Position numbers and translations under genes: made by a program. From Euprymna scolopes (lineage: Eukaryota): 64,000 nt of DNA. Every line of letters begins with the position of its first letter. Position 1 is the stretch's first letter. Location of the stretch: the NCBI GenBank assembly GCA_053919585.1, contig CM132797.1; one strand, written 5' to 3'. Of this stretch, positions 1 through 12,570 are shown one piece after another. The notes under the pieces are model-generated. The model did no database searches and had not been told where the DNA came from. It was given only the letters and a program-made list of their open reading frames with translations.

Positions 1-468
1 TCTTCCGACGTTATATTTGCGTCTGTTAAACAGAGTTTCGTCTATTTCCACTATACGGCCTGGGCCCCCTATCTGCCGGGGGTTTCTAACAAAATGATCT
101 TGGCCAATGTCTCTGAGAAAATTTTTCCAATCCGCGATAGTGTGTGCGGATTTTACACCACATTCGCGCTGGAGGTCTTTTTTGCCTGCTCGCTCAAATG
201 CCCACAAATAAATAATTTTTATTATGCAGGCTACTGCCAACTTGGACTTGGCAAAAAATGTCCCTGTCCGTATGGATAACCTCCGTTGGCATATACTTGC
301 TGTACATCTCCAGGTAAATCCATCGGAGGTGTCCTCTCTTGTCACTAGATTGCAGATGGTACCACATGTGACGCATTTTTTGCTTGTTGCCACTAATTTA
401 TGTTCTTGGCAAAAATTAAGAACACCATCACTGGTCCGCAGTTGTTCATGGAGCATGGTAAAATTCAT
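1..468 (-). CDS. Merlin (ISXO2/IS1595-like) transposase, N-terminal 156 aa, runs off the left edge
   Basis: Manual translation of the minus strand from ATG at 468 is open to base 1: MNFTMLHEQLRTSDGVLNFCQEHKLVATSKKCVTCG...DGFTWRCTASICQRRLSIRTGTFFAKSKL...IGGPGRIVEIDETLFNRRKYNVGR. This has the zinc ribbon and the first catalytic D (VEIDE). Missed by the ORF track because there is no stop in the window. Confidence 0.9.
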   Translation of the reverse strand, partial: MNFTMLHEQLRTSDGVLNFCQEHKLVATSKKCVTCGTICNLVTREDTSDGFTWRCTASICQRRLSIRTGTFFAKSKLAVACIIKIIYLWAFERAGKKDLQRECGVKSAHTIADWKNFLRDIGQDHFVRNPRQIGGPGRIVEIDETLFNRRKYNVGR

Positions 469-1059
469 GTTCGCTCAGGAAATGGCAAATTGAAAATGAG
501 CCCAAAATGCCTTCACCAATTAGCAGCAGCGGCGGCAAAACGTGCTGCTGATGATTCGTAAAGAACTCCTGGGTACTCCTTCCAAACTTGGAGCAAAAAT
601 TACCGTTTGCAAGGTATTAACCATTTGACCCTCGAGCTACTTTTTCGCATTTCACCTTTTTTTTTTAACTATCATGTACTTTCACCTAACATTTCAATTT
701 CTTTTTTTTTTGTGGGGGGGATCCATTTTGTACACAATTGTAAACCAAACCTGAACTGATTCTAGTGCAAGTGTCGTGTGTTAGTTTGCGTTTTTTTAAT
801 GGCTAATTTTCGTGAATTTGGTCTTCAAGAAATTGTCTTCTTTTTTTTTTTTTAAATAATTTTACCACTATATTTATTTTATAGTAATTAAAGAAAATGC
901 TATAATTAATTTTTCAAGCAGTTTCGTGTTGAAATATTCTGGAAACTTGTATTTGGCGCTGCTGCTGCTAGCCCCCCCCCCCCAGTCGGCCATTTATTTT
1001 TTCGCGTTTTCTCTCTCTGCCCACCCCTCGTCCATTTTCTCCGTCAGATGGCAGCATTG

Positions 1060-1697
1060 CTAGTGTAACATTAAAGTCCTAGAAGAACAATTGGTAAAAT
1101 GTTGCACTTCTGTTGAAATGTTGTGCAAAAAAATTGCTACTGGCCAACGTGTAAAAGGTCTATCATGGTGAGCATATAGCGATGACCAGCGGAAGGCGGC
1201 AGTGGACCTACAATATCCAGGTGGACATGGGAAAAACGAGCGTCCCGTACAGAGAAGTTGCCTGGAGTGGATTTGGTATGGCAATGTACTTTTGTAGTCT
1301 GGCAAGAAATGCATGCCTGAATCCATTTGCGTATGTCGATGGGCCAGAAAAAAATGAGCTGCGATGAGCTTGACTGTTGCACGCTTACCAGGGTGTGTTA
1401 GATCGTGGAAATGCTGGAAAATGTGCTTCCAACACGATGGACGCAGGTAACTTTGTGGATGTGCAACAGATCTATCACACAAAATGAGATTGTCCGAGAA
1501 TGGGACTGGTGTCCTTTCTAGCGGAATGGTTAAAGTCAATATAAAGTCTGTGAGTGATGCATCACGTTCTTGCTCGGTTGCGATGTAGTCATAGTCAAGG
1601 GGCTTCTCAAGACTGTTGAGATTGCAAAAACGTGAGAGTGTGTCTGCCACAATATTCATTTTACCAGGTAAATACTGTATATCAGCAGAGTATTGTG
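1060..1697 (-). pseudogene. Gypsy/Ty3 pol fragment (RNase H end, integrase zinc finger, start of integrase core), frameshifted
   Basis: SQYSADIQYLPGKMNIVADTLSR; FHDLTHPGKRAT...WIQACISCQ (HHCC); RFSHVHLDIVGPLP, spread over two frames. Confidence 0.88.
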
Positions 1698-2174
1698 ACA
1701 TAGTCCATCTATCGTAATTCACATGGTGTATGTTTCCCAGAAATAGACGACATAAGGGAAGCAACCAGAGGTTATAGTTCATATTTTACAGAAGCGATAC
1801 ATAGCTTGATTATAACATATAATTCGATTGTTCATACTGTATTAGCTCTACATGTAAGAATCTTACAGGTAACAATGTTTATATAAAAAATATTTAAGCC
1901 TACCTCACATTTCTGTTTGCTGCTCTTCGAGTGCATGCTTATGAAGCGTGTGGGTTTATAGTGGTTTTGGCACCAAGCGTGTGCACTGCTTGGTGCCAAA
2001 AGAGAAAGAAAAGAAGGGAAACGGAAGGCTATGTTAGAGGTCACAGGAAATTCACGTGTATCAAAGTTATGTGATGTTTGCGTGTGTGTGTGTGTGTGCT
2101 ACTGCACACAGCTTGTTCTGTGTCTGTGTGTTTGAGCTAAACAAAGTAAATTGGTAGGTATAAATGGCTCAACA
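1694..2174. repeat. Dispersed LTR-like repeat, copy 1 (copy 2 at 56744-57360)
   Basis: Begins TGTGACAT and ends GGCTCAACA. Collinear with ~56950-57360 (agaggtta.agttcatattttac, aagcctacctca, cttatgaagcg, tgtgctactgcacacag). Confidence 0.65.
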
Positions 2175-2870
2175 TTTTTGCACTGTCGAGCCGATTTGTT
2201 TGGCAAATTTCTCACTTTTCTCAACCATGGTAAACGTAGATATATCGGACATTTATTCACTGTTTGAATTTTAGTTTCAGAAAACTTTGTTATTTTTCTT
2301 TGCATGACAGACCTAATCACAGCAAGAGGGTAACCATTCTTAGATAGGGTATCAGTATTTTTAATTCCTCATCCAATTTTGATTTTGAACAAATAAGGGC
2401 ACGATGTGTTAGGGTTCAAATTAAATGGATCTTACAAGTTTGGGGCCCAAAATGAATCCCAGCATGTGTACAGTCCCATAAATGTAGATGTATATTCATG
2501 TAAGGTAACTAGATGATGTTTTTGTTACTAATACATCGAGGAAAGCTATGGACGAGTTACAGTCTCCTTCATAAGTATACTGTAACACGGGATGCATTTT
2601 ATTGATTAGGGAGCAGTATTTATGGTAATGTTTGAATACAGGTTGTAAAATATTTAAGATCCATTTTACAACCTTATTCTGTGATGAACTTACCACAGAT
2701 AAAATGGGCCTTAAAGAGATACCTGCTTTGTGAGTTTTAGGTTAACCATATAACCTTGGACGGATCAATCCTGAGGGTCTAATCTCACAAGCTATGCTCG
2801 AAGGAAGTGCACCACTTTTAACCAAATTTCTTTTGCAATTTGGTTTCTAAAGAGGTTGTGGAATCATGAG
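2175..2870 (-). pseudogene. Penelope-like element RT relic with internal deletions
   Basis: RPSGSIRPRLYG.PKTHKAGISLRPILS, MHPVLQYTYE...IAFLDVLV, NGYPL and CPIYLRLPWL are Penelope RT and post-RT motifs. Confidence 0.8.
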
Positions 2871-2899
2871 TTGTGATAAATGTCATTCAGGTTGTTTAT

Positions 2900-3214
2900 C
2901 AGGTTCCTCTTTATTGGAATATTGTTCCATTCTTGAGTAATAAGTTCTTTCAGCTACTCACAGTTAAATGGCTTTTGCTTATCCACCGCTCGTTTAATTA
3001 TTGCCCAAAGATTCTCTATCATATTCAAATCCGCTGAATTCCCGGGCCAAGGTTTCAAGATTTCAATATTTTTATCATGCAAGAACTTTATCATCCTTGT
3101 AGCATGGCAAGGAGCACCATCGTACTGGAAAAAGCAGTTTGTGCCGAGGGATTGCTCTGTAATTGTTGGGAGAAGGTGATCTTTAAGCACATTCGGGTAC
3201 CATTTGGCATTCAC
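2900..3214 (-). pseudogene. Tc1-type transposase C-terminal fragment
   Basis: FFQYDGAPCH...WPGNSADLNMIENLW (second D and E of the DDE triad). Confidence 0.88.
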
Positions 3215-4340
3215 AGCAGTATTAAATAAATTAATAAATTTGAAAGAAATACATTAATCTTAAAAAGTAATGTTTTGTTTACAGCACGTAAAAAAGCTTT
3301 TTAATGATTAAACACTAACTTTAAAAATATAAACAAATAAAAATATTTAAAAATGTTATATTCTTTAATAGTTAATGTTTTTTGTTTAATTGGAAAAAAA
3401 CAAGAGATATTTGTTATAATTAAAAGCGTAAACAAAACCACGAGGCGAATAACAATTGCCAGGTGAAAGTAACTTCGATCGGTGAATAGTGTAATATTAA
3501 CCTATTAATGAAACGTTATATGTAAATAGATACTTGTATATTAAATCATTATAGTATTTTTATTTCTTTGTAATTTTAAAATTTTCATTTAATTTATGAA
3601 AAAATTGATACACTAAACATGAAAATATTTATTATTAAGTATCTTGTATGATTTCATTTTTGTTTAAACACGGATTTTATTTAAGCCGCACATATTTCCC
3701 TTAACACCGATATTGTGATAAGTATCGAGATTTATTTAGTATTTAAAGTGGAATTCTCAAACACAAAATTTTGAAGAAAAATATTTCTTGTGGTGACGAT
3801 TGACATTATCTTACAACTTTCTATATGCAACATTATTTGAACTTCCAAAATCGACCTATAAGAAAAAAAAGTTCTCTAGGTTCAATATATTGCACCGAAC
3901 AAGAGGTGATGGGAAACTCTGTACGGAGGAGGGGTAACAACCAATGTCTGAATTCGTGATGGAAGCATAGATCGAAACTCTTTTCCCTAACAAGATAAAA
4001 AAAAACATTTTTTAAATCAGTAAATCGCAACAAGGCAGGAACAAATTCTAAAGCTTAAAGTAATAAATTTTATTTAACCAGAAGTTTATTTTTATATCTG
4101 GGAGATGTGTAATTTGTATTCAGTCCTGTATGTTCGTGATCTCTCATGAGTATGAAATTAATATGATTAAAGTCCATGAACAAAGTGAGGAAATTGTGCA
4201 TTTTTATAAGACAAAATTTCAGAATTATAATCCAAGTGAAAAAATACAATTTGTATAATTGTAAGAGTATTGGGTGGAAATCTTTCACGACTGAGGAAAT
4301 TGTTATTGTCTTCATATTTTATGAAGAAACACCATGAATA

Positions 4341-4565
4341 AAGGTGTACCAGGAAGATAGTTTTGTAAGGAAAAAATATTCTTGTTTGCGTGAGCTTCAT
4401 TGGTAAAAGAACGAGTAATTTATCCGGTGCAGTTTTACATCTTTTAGACGGCGTCAGATATGTGTGATAATCACGGGCAGCGGCAAAGTAACTTGTGAAA
4501 ACGTTGCCTGGAACTGATTTGTTTTTTTGGTGTGTAATGCCTTTTATATTGATTTTCTAGAATGT
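4341..4565. repeat. Dispersed ~225-bp repeat, copy 1 (copy 2 at 12344-12570, same orientation)
   Basis: Near-identical text in both copies, e.g. ttcattggtaaaagaacgagtaatttatccggtgcagttttacatcttttaga. Element class unknown. Confidence 0.8.
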
Positions 4566-5115
4566 ACCCGTTTGCATTTGCAACACCTTGGTTAATTGCG
4601 GCCGTTTTTTCAGTGCTTGTGCAGTTGATCATCATTAAAAAAAAAAAAAAGTTGGGTCTCCTTTCTAGTGAATTTATAAAATTGTCTAAAGACGTCGTGG
4701 ATACCCTGCATATTTATAATCAAAGCAAATATTTTATTTTTTATAATAAGCAAAAAATAATAAAACTCCACATATGTCATTTTTTTTTTTTAATATAATT
4801 GGAAATTTAATGTTATTTTTAAAACATACTTGCTTGATAAATTTTTCTCGTACCATGGAGTAGTAGGTAAATAAAGAGTTATTTCAGGTGTAAAATATTG
4901 CTAAATCTTAATCTGTCTGAGGTCAAATAGCAAGAAGGCTATAACAAAGTTCGCTCTCAAGAAAGATAATAAATAATAAAATTCTCAAAGTATAATTATC
5001 ACCAGAACTTTCAAAGCAGGATTTTATTCTTGACTCTCAAAATCAAGAGGTTAGAGCATTCTTGTAATGATCTGGTTCCTGTTGATTGTGGTATAATGTT
5101 GGTTTTGTGCAGTTC

Positions 5116-5308
5116 TGTTACACTTGACATGTTTGATATAATTTGGCGGTCGGGAAAAATAATGAAGGTCGACACAACAGGAGAAAAGTTTGCCACGTGT
5201 TTATTCACTCAAAGAGAAAAAGAAAAGAGAAAGAAAAGGACTCCTTACAAGGGAGAGTTAGAAATCAAAGGGACATAACTGAGGATGTTAATGGTTTATC
5301 CCTTAACA
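5116..5308 (-). repeat. Copia 3' LTR (193 bp)
   Basis: Matches 9203-9386 except ~5 substitutions and a 9-bp indel. Confidence 0.95.
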
Positions 5309-5344
5309 CCCCCGCTTAAACTTAACATCCTGATAATTTTGCTT

Positions 5345-7972
5345 GGATCAAGTAAAGAATAGATACCCCGTAACAGACGACGACGCCTGGCGGTGCCAGC
5401 CGCACAATTCAACTAACACCGGTGATTCGACCTTGACATTGGCACAAGCACATGGCGTCGGTTGTTTTTAAACACGTCAAATAGCAAACCTGCTCGAATA
5501 TTCACCAGCATTTCTTTTTAAATATATTTACAAAACCTTTGAAGATTTAAAAGAAAAAGTATATATTTACAAAACATTTTTTTAAAATAAGTAACAAAAC
5601 GAACGTATTTAAATAAAAGATATTTAAATAAACGGGCGTCTCTTTCTATTTTGGATTTTTGCGACCAAGATTGATTTTTATGTACCGTGTTTTGGGGGGT
5701 TCTGTGTGCGTTTTTAAGACAATTCAATATTTATTCTTTAAAACATTAACTTCAGCGACAATTAATATATTTTCAAAATAATATTTTTAACTATTACATT
5801 TTTACGAATATTCGCGAGCAAGATTTTTTTAAAAATAAAAGATATTTCAATAAATGGGTGTCTTTCTGAGTGCGTGTTTAATATATTTACAGAACCTTTT
5901 AATAACTATTTTATTCTTTTTATCAAATAAAAATAGAAAATATAGACATATATATTATGGACTTTTTCGAAATTTTAAAGTTAAAGTTAGTTTTATTTAA
6001 AAAAAAAAAAAAAAAGACGAGGTGGGTTTTTTTTTCATTTAAATTATAAACTTTATTTGAACTTTCAACAAACTTTTACAGACATAAAAATAGACTTTAT
6101 AGATATTTTATAATAATTTTTTAAAAATATATTTAACGAAAAGTTTTTTTTTTTATCATTTCATTGTTGAATAAAATTTCAAAGTAATAAATGGTGAAAA
6201 AAAATATCTCAAAGAAAAACACCTCGTCTTTTTTTTTTGTTTTAAATAAAACTTTAATTTTAAAATTTCGATGTTTGAAAAACAGTCCATAATATATATT
6301 TCATTATAAAAGTTCTATTTTTGTTTGATAAAAAGAATAAAACAGTTAATAAATAATAATAAAAAAAACAACAACAGTCCATTAAGTTCAAATAAAGACT
6401 GTTTGAATAAAACTCATAAAAAAGGTTCATTCTATACGGTTTTGGCCATTTCTTTTTTGTGCGTTTTTAATACAATTCAATATTTATTTACAGTGCGATG
6501 TATGTCGGTGGTCAGTGAAGGAGAAATCCTTTTAGGCCGAGGCAATTTTTTATGCATAATAAAATCACAGGTATAAACAATCGAGATAAAAAAAAATATA
6601 TTATTTTATTCACATATCTTTTTATAACTTTTATTTTTATAAAGATGAAATGTAGTATCACAAGATAGAAATCTTTTTATAATTTTTATTTTTTATTAAA
6701 AAAACTTCCTATTTGTTTACTTATCCACAAAAGCAAATTAAATACACGTTTTTAATGTAACGAAACATAACATTTAAACAAAATACATTTAAATAAATGG
6801 ATGTTGTACAGAAATGATATCACACAATTTGAAAAATGTATTTTCTGAATTTCTTTCATGCCACATAAATTCCTTCAGATAGGAATCTAAGTGAGATCTT
6901 CTACAGACGAGCATTGATTTAATAAATCGTTTATGGCGATTCCAATAGCTTTCTATTGTCTGTGTATGGACTTGGTTGTTTGGGTTCACAAAATGTTGTG
7001 AATGGTTTACATTGTAATGGGGAAATCCCAAATCAGTCTGTATCGTATTATATGCTTTCCATTCATCGCTATGAATGGTCGTTCCTGGTAAAACAATGTT
7101 TTTTTATTATGGGTAATAAGGTTTCTTTATTCCTTTTTTCGACTATCTCCATGTATGGCATTTCTTTGGCTTATTCTTTGACTCCATAGATATATTGCTA
7201 ATATCCATGTCTGTAAGGATAACTTAGAATTTAAAAAAATAACTTGTATCGTATAGATGTTCTGTTTTTATATTTTTGACACATTTTATTTTGGCATTTC
7301 CAAACATATTTATCCAATGTCATTGAATGTTTCGTCCAATTCATACGGACATTACAGAATTCACAATTCATTTCATTTGCAAGTAGGAAATGCTGTTTCA
7401 TCCATTCAATTATGGATAGATGGTCTCTAGAAATCAACGGACACACAACATCTTTGAAAATGGCTTTATCCGTTTGTTACAGTATTTAAAACAAAATGGT
7501 CCAAATATTAATTTCTTTTAATACCTCGTAAAATTTTGGCTTCTCCGACTTTTGGATTTTTTTGTCATTTAATAAATTGATCACGTGATGGTATCATGAG
7601 ATTAAATCAAAGTTCAATATTTAAAAATATTATTTAAAAAATATATTAATTGTCGGTAAAGTTAATGTTTTAAAGAAAGAATAATTAAATAAATACTGAA
7701 TTGTATTAAAAAACACACAGAAAAAAAAAAGAATTATAAAACACTTTACATAAAAATCAATCTTTAGCACAAAAATCCGCGAAACATAATTATCATTCTA
7801 AGGTTTATCTTCAAAAGTTTGTAAATATATTTAAAAAAAAAATTGCTGGCGAATATTCGAGCCGTGTGCTTGTGCCAATGTCAAGGTCGAATCACCGGTG
7901 TTAGTTGAATTGTGTGCCTGGCACCGCCAGGCGTCGTCGTCTGCTACGGGGTATCTATTCTTTACTTGATCC
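5345..7972 (-). mobile_element. Merlin DNA transposon inserted into the last codons of the Copia RNase H
   Basis: TIRs start GGATCAAGTAAAGAATAGATACCCCG (~110 bp near-identical, extending further with indels). 8-bp TSD TTTTGCTT at 5337-5344 and 7973-7980. Confidence 0.95.
6789..7446 (-). pseudogene. Merlin transposase, deleted and frameshifted
   Basis: Zinc ribbon CEFC...DKYVWKCQNKMC...SIR; VNHSQHFVNP...HTQTIESYW...YLKEFMW. Confidence 0.88.
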
Positions 7973-8440
7973 TTTTGCTTTTAGGCAATGTAGGCGAGTT
8001 CTAGCCATGGGTTTAGTAAAGCAATCTGCAGTATTTTGGTCAGTCGGCACATAGATTAATTTGATCATACCCTTGTTTATTTTGTCCCTTATGTCGTGGT
8101 ACTTAATATCTATGTGCTTTACTCGCTGGCTTGTGATGGAATTTTTTGCTATGCAGATTGCATTCTGGTTGTCGGAATATACTATTGCTTGTTTCCATTT
8201 CCTTGGGTAGCCCATTTCATTTACCAACTGCGAAAGGTATTGTGCATCTTGTATAGCTGGCGTCATTGCCGTATATTCTGCCTCACATGTGGATAACGCT
8301 ACTGTGGGCTGCTTCTTGCTTTTCCAGGCAATGATTGGTCCTTCCTCATTTAGGGAGAAGCAATACCCTGACATACTCTTTCTGTCTTCAGAGCTACCCA
8401 ATCAGTATATCCCGTCAACTGCAGGCCGCTTTCACATTTC
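7973..8440 (-). pseudogene. Copia RNase H domain
   Basis: GY..DWGSSEDRKSMSGY...WKSKKQPTVALSTCEAEY...YSDNQ...KHIDIKYH...TADCFTK. Removing the Merlin restores the natural end ...LKAKLSGC*. Confidence 0.92.
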
Positions 8441-9217
8441 CTTGTAGTATGAGTGATTGTTTTCTTCGGCAGTAGTCCGCTGTATTTTCCTGCAGAATTT
8501 TGTGTCGTGTGTCCTGGTTTCGCAAAATCTGCACCACCTGTTCTTATGACAATTTTTTGCGAAGTGGCCATTTTTGTTACACCGAAAACATGATGGGGGG
8601 GGGTCTCTTTTTTTATACGAGGCTTTCATGATAGATTCCTCCTCCTCCTCGATTTTTTGTGTAGAGTTTTCCTCATAAGCTCGGAGAGATGCTTTAAATT
8701 CTATCAGAGTTTGGGGCGTTTCTCTTTGTGTAATTATCGCTTTTAGGGTATTAAATGATGCTGGTAGTCCTTTGAGTAACATGGCTATCGCCAGTGGGTC
8801 CGAAATTGTCTCGCCACAGTTTCGTAGGGCAGCAATTGACTTTTCTGCTCGTATTACGTACCCTGTGACATCTTCGTCGTCATTTTTTCGGAGGGTTGAT
8901 AGGTCCGTATATAAAGCAATTATTTTTGGTTTGCCTTGGGATAAATAATGTTCCCTGAGGATTTTCAATGCCTTCTTTCCATTGTCCTTTGCATCTCGCA
9001 TAATCAGGGCTAAACTCCTATCGTCCAGTACTTGGACAAGTTCGGCAAAGATGTCTTCATTTTTCTGTTGGTCTATCTCGCCATCTTCCTTTTTTAATTC
9101 AGCCTTCAATTTTAGTCTGTGTAAAAGTCCCATGAGTTTTATTTCGAACATTTCATAATTGTTCTTATCGCCATCAAACATTAGCGTCCTGGGCCCATAA
9201 CCTGTTACACTTGACAT
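8432..9217 (-). CDS. Copia gag (UBN2-type, two zinc knuckles)
   Basis: Probable start MSSVTGYGPR overlapping the LTR/PBS; LLKGLP motif; CFRCNKNGHFAKNC and CRFCETRTHDTKFC knuckles. Confidence 0.9.
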   Translation of the reverse strand: MSSVTGYGPRTLMFDGDKNNYEMFEIKLMGLLHRLKLKAELKKEDGEIDQQKNEDIFAELVQVLDDRSLALIMRDAKDNGKKALKILREHYLSQGKPKIIALYTDLSTLRKNDDEDVTGYVIRAEKSIAALRNCGETISDPLAIAMLLKGLPASFNTLKAIITQRETPQTLIEFKASLRAYEENSTQKIEEEEESIMKASYKKRDPPPSCFRCNKNGHFAKNCHKNRWCRFCETRTHDTKFCRKIQRTTAEENNHSYYKEM

Positions 9218-9386
9218 GTTTGATATAATTTGGCGGTCGGGGAAAATAACGAAGGTCAACACAACAGGAGAAAAGTTCGCCACGTGTTTATTCACTCAAA
9301 GAGAAAAAGAAAAGAGAAAGAAAAGGAGTCCTTACAAGGGAGAGTTAGAAATCAAACTGAGGATGTTAATGGTTTATCCCTTAACA
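9203..9386 (-). repeat. Copia 5' LTR (184 bp)
   Basis: Followed on the minus strand by the PBS and flanked by TSD AGTTC. Confidence 0.95.
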
Positions 9387-11357
9387 AGTTCTAGGGGTCT
9401 AGGCTTTGCCTTCTCTCTTTCAGAAGAGGTTAATTTATTGCTGATTGCCTGAAGCGCCCTGCGGGGAATGCCGACAGAGCTGCACAGGCATCTTTTGCAG
9501 TATTAGAGAGCTCCTTCTCTTGAGCACTTTTTCAATCCCACTTTCCGATCCTGGTGTCACAGTTCTTGCGGTGGGAGAGAACTAAATACCCCCAGAAGAA
9601 CAAAAAACTTTTAGATGGTGAGTAACTGACACACATGCAAATCACTTCCGGTAAGAGGTACGAAACTGAAGTCGTGAACGTCACTAGGTTTAGCGAGTCA
9701 AAAAGAAACATCCTTATCACACGTTTTTCTCACAAGTTAACTTGATGTGTTCACTCGGGACATTTTGATTTGTGCTTTCCAATTTTTGTAAGAATCTGAA
9801 CATATTGTCTCTGATTTCGTTCGCCATACACCTTGTAAACATAATGATTTTGCTGTGTTTTACATCAAATTCATTACCAAAATCTATGAACTCTTAACAA
9901 AATGCTATCACTCCCAGTAATAAATTAAGTGCTTAAACAAAATAATTCACCTTAAAAAAAGGTCTGTTTGCTTTTCAATAAAAAATTTTTTTTTAAATAA
10001 TTATTCCTTTTGAGAAAAGTTCAGTTGCCTTAAAATTGAAGGAAAATAACAATTTATGTTGAGAATTTCAACGAAGCACACCAATGCCATCTACTTTGTG
10101 CGAAAGTTATTGGAGTACTGAGGGAGGAATTATAGGAGGAGAAACATGACCTCTTCCAAAAGAGGAAGAGGGTGTCCAAAAAGGTTGCAGAGTGTGAATC
10201 ATTAAGGTACGTGCTGAATGACCCACCCTTTCCACCACAAGAAAAAGGAATATACCGGGTTATTCCTTCTGACAGTGGCAACATGTTGACCTCACCTCAA
10301 CCTACCCCGTCCCAGCCTAGCTTAATGGTATAGGAGTTTACAAGAATTAAAATTCTCACAATTTATACGCATATTTCTTTTTATGATCTGCACACGTTTT
10401 ATTTATTTGTATGAATAAAATATTATTTTAAAAAAAAAATATGAAAAATTCTGACAAAAGTAAATAATATTAAAAAAAAAAAATTGAGATGGATGTTTCC
10501 AATTGGGAACACGTGTGTTGAGTCTGTTTCTGTCCTTTTAAGATTTTTACCATCTTTTTTTAATAGATTTTGGGGCACAGGTGGAAAAATTCGACAACCC
10601 TTCATATTTCTATAAGGCTTCATTTTTTGAGCAAATCTTATACAATTTTTTGATTCCTTGGGTCAAAAAACTTACCCGAGTGAATTTTCAGGGTTATACG
10701 ATCTTTCAATTAGAAAATATTCAAAGAGATGACATCAAAAAAATTACTGCCCGTGCGTCGCATCATGCAACTTGCACCAAAACAAAAAACGGTCTAAATC
10801 AGAAACTGCTTGGAGTTACGTGCTCAAATTTTCAGGATTTCTTAATTTCTATGCTGTCTATCTTCAGTGCCAACTACGACCAGATCTGTGGATATGGGTT
10901 TCAGGATCCCATATTTCTGGATGATTTGACATTGAAAAACTATTATTTTTGCAAGTCATATTTTTCTAATTGTCATTTTGCTAATTCCTCCTCCACATCT
11001 TTTCTCTGCTGTTAAGTTTGCTTGTTTTGTTTTTCATCGTCATCCACAGTCACAAAGTTTGAACTTCCATTGTTGCCATTGGGATGGGAGTTTAACTCCA
11101 TCCACTCACTATGACTGTGTTGCCAAGAAGGAGGGGTGTTGAGACCAGTTAAGCATTTTCTTCAACTCTCTCATTCCTCTCTCATTCTCCCTACGTCCCC
11201 TCTTTTTCCCTTGTTACAGATTTGGCCTCTCTTTCTTTGTAAGTTCTCTACCAAAAAAAAAAGAAAGAAAGCAAGATACATCTTCTGTCAGCAAAAAAAA
11301 AATAAATTTCAAATATGCTTCCTTTTTAGAACACATAATCTAATGCTGCGATTATGT

Positions 11358-11394
<37 letters not shown>

Positions 11395-11959
11395 CTGGAC
11401 GTAACTTACAAAACACACCTTAATCAAATGTTTTTCTTTCTATTGAACTCCGTTATGTCTAATGAATGGATATTTGAAACAATGAAATACTTATTATCGT
11501 TTATTTAACGAACAAAATCCATAGAATTGATAACTGGTTACATTTACATAATTATTAACAAGAAAAGGCTGGACAAAACTTTAGAAACTAAATAAAAAAT
11601 AAAAATAAAAATAAAAAAATTTTTTTTTAAAAAGTAAAAGTAATTACACACTTTTCTAAGACATTTATTTTGAATAGAATTTAAAGATAATTTACAAAAC
11701 TTTAAACGTCATGAAATGATAAAATCTTTTTTTTTTCTTTTTTTTTTTTTTTTACTATGTTGATGTTTCATTCCAATATTTCGCTAAAAAATTAACCTCA
11801 TCAGGGTTCTAGGTCTAGTCCGTTTTTTTTTTTTTTCTTCATTTTGTTATGAAGGAGATAAGTCCAGTCTGTTTTTTTTTTTTTGTTTTTTTTTTTGTTT
11901 TTTTTTTTTCATTTTGTTGAAGGAGATAATTCTCTGGAGAAGAAGAAAAAAATGTTTTC

Positions 11960-12310
11960 CAAACAAAATTATCGACACAAATTTACTCTAATAATATGTT
12001 GCTCTCCCCATTTGTTAATTAGAACTTCACCAATTCTGCCTTTCATACTGGAAACCAGACTTGCAAGGTAATTCGTTGGCATGCTCTTCCATGCATCAAA
12101 TATTGCCTTAGTTAGGTAATCAATGGAATCGTATTGTTTTCCATTTTCATAAACAATTCTTACTAGATATCCCCACAAATTTCTGATGACATTCAAGTCG
12201 GGTGAACATGCTGGCCAAAGCAAAACTGGGATCTCTTCATCATGAGCAGTGTGGCTTGGGGCATTATCCTGCTGATAAATCCAGTTTTCTCAACATAACC
12301 TTTCTCCTTC
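11960..12310 (-). pseudogene. Tc1-type transposase C-terminal fragment
   Basis: WIYQQDNAPSHTA...WPACSPDLNVIRNLWGYL. Confidence 0.87.
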
Positions 12311-12343
12311 ATCTTTAAGAGATGCATCGTATCCAAATGCATG

Positions 12344-12570
12344 AAGGTGTATCAGGAAGATAGTTTTGCAAGGAAAAATATTAATTCTTGTTTGCGTGAG
12401 TTTCATTGGTAAAAGAACGAGTAATTTATCCGGTGCAGTTTTACATCTTTTAGATGGCGTCAGATACGTGTGATAATCACGGGCAGTGGCAAAGTAACTT
12501 ACGGAAACGTTGTCTGGAACTGATTTGTTTTTGGCACGTCGGGCCTTTTATATTGGTTTTCTAGAATGTT
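12344..12570. repeat. Dispersed ~225-bp repeat, copy 2
   Basis: Direct copy of 4341-4565. Confidence 0.8.

Larger units (their letters stand above)
5116..9386 (-). mobile_element. Copia LTR retrotransposon, internally deleted, with a nested Merlin
   Basis: LTRs at 9203-9386 (5') and 5116-5308 (3'), both TG...CA. 5-bp TSD AGTTC at 5111-5115 and 9387-9391. Copia-type PBS GGTTATGGGCCCAG directly after the 5' LTR; PPT AAGCGGGGG before the 3' LTR. Confidence 0.95.

Noticed and set aside
5011-5278. ORFs repeated at 9216-9452 (and likewise 28265 and 42508)
   Set aside because: Incidental frames through duplicated LTRs.
10581-11015. 144-aa ORF
   Set aside because: Non-ATG start and no recognisable motif; the sequence looks like non-coding MITE-type DNA.
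11760-11812. Second hammerhead-like core on the minus strand (CTGATGAGGTTAATTTTTTAGCGAAA)
   Set aside because: Stem II is plausible, but no complementary stem I or stem III and no cleavage site could be found.
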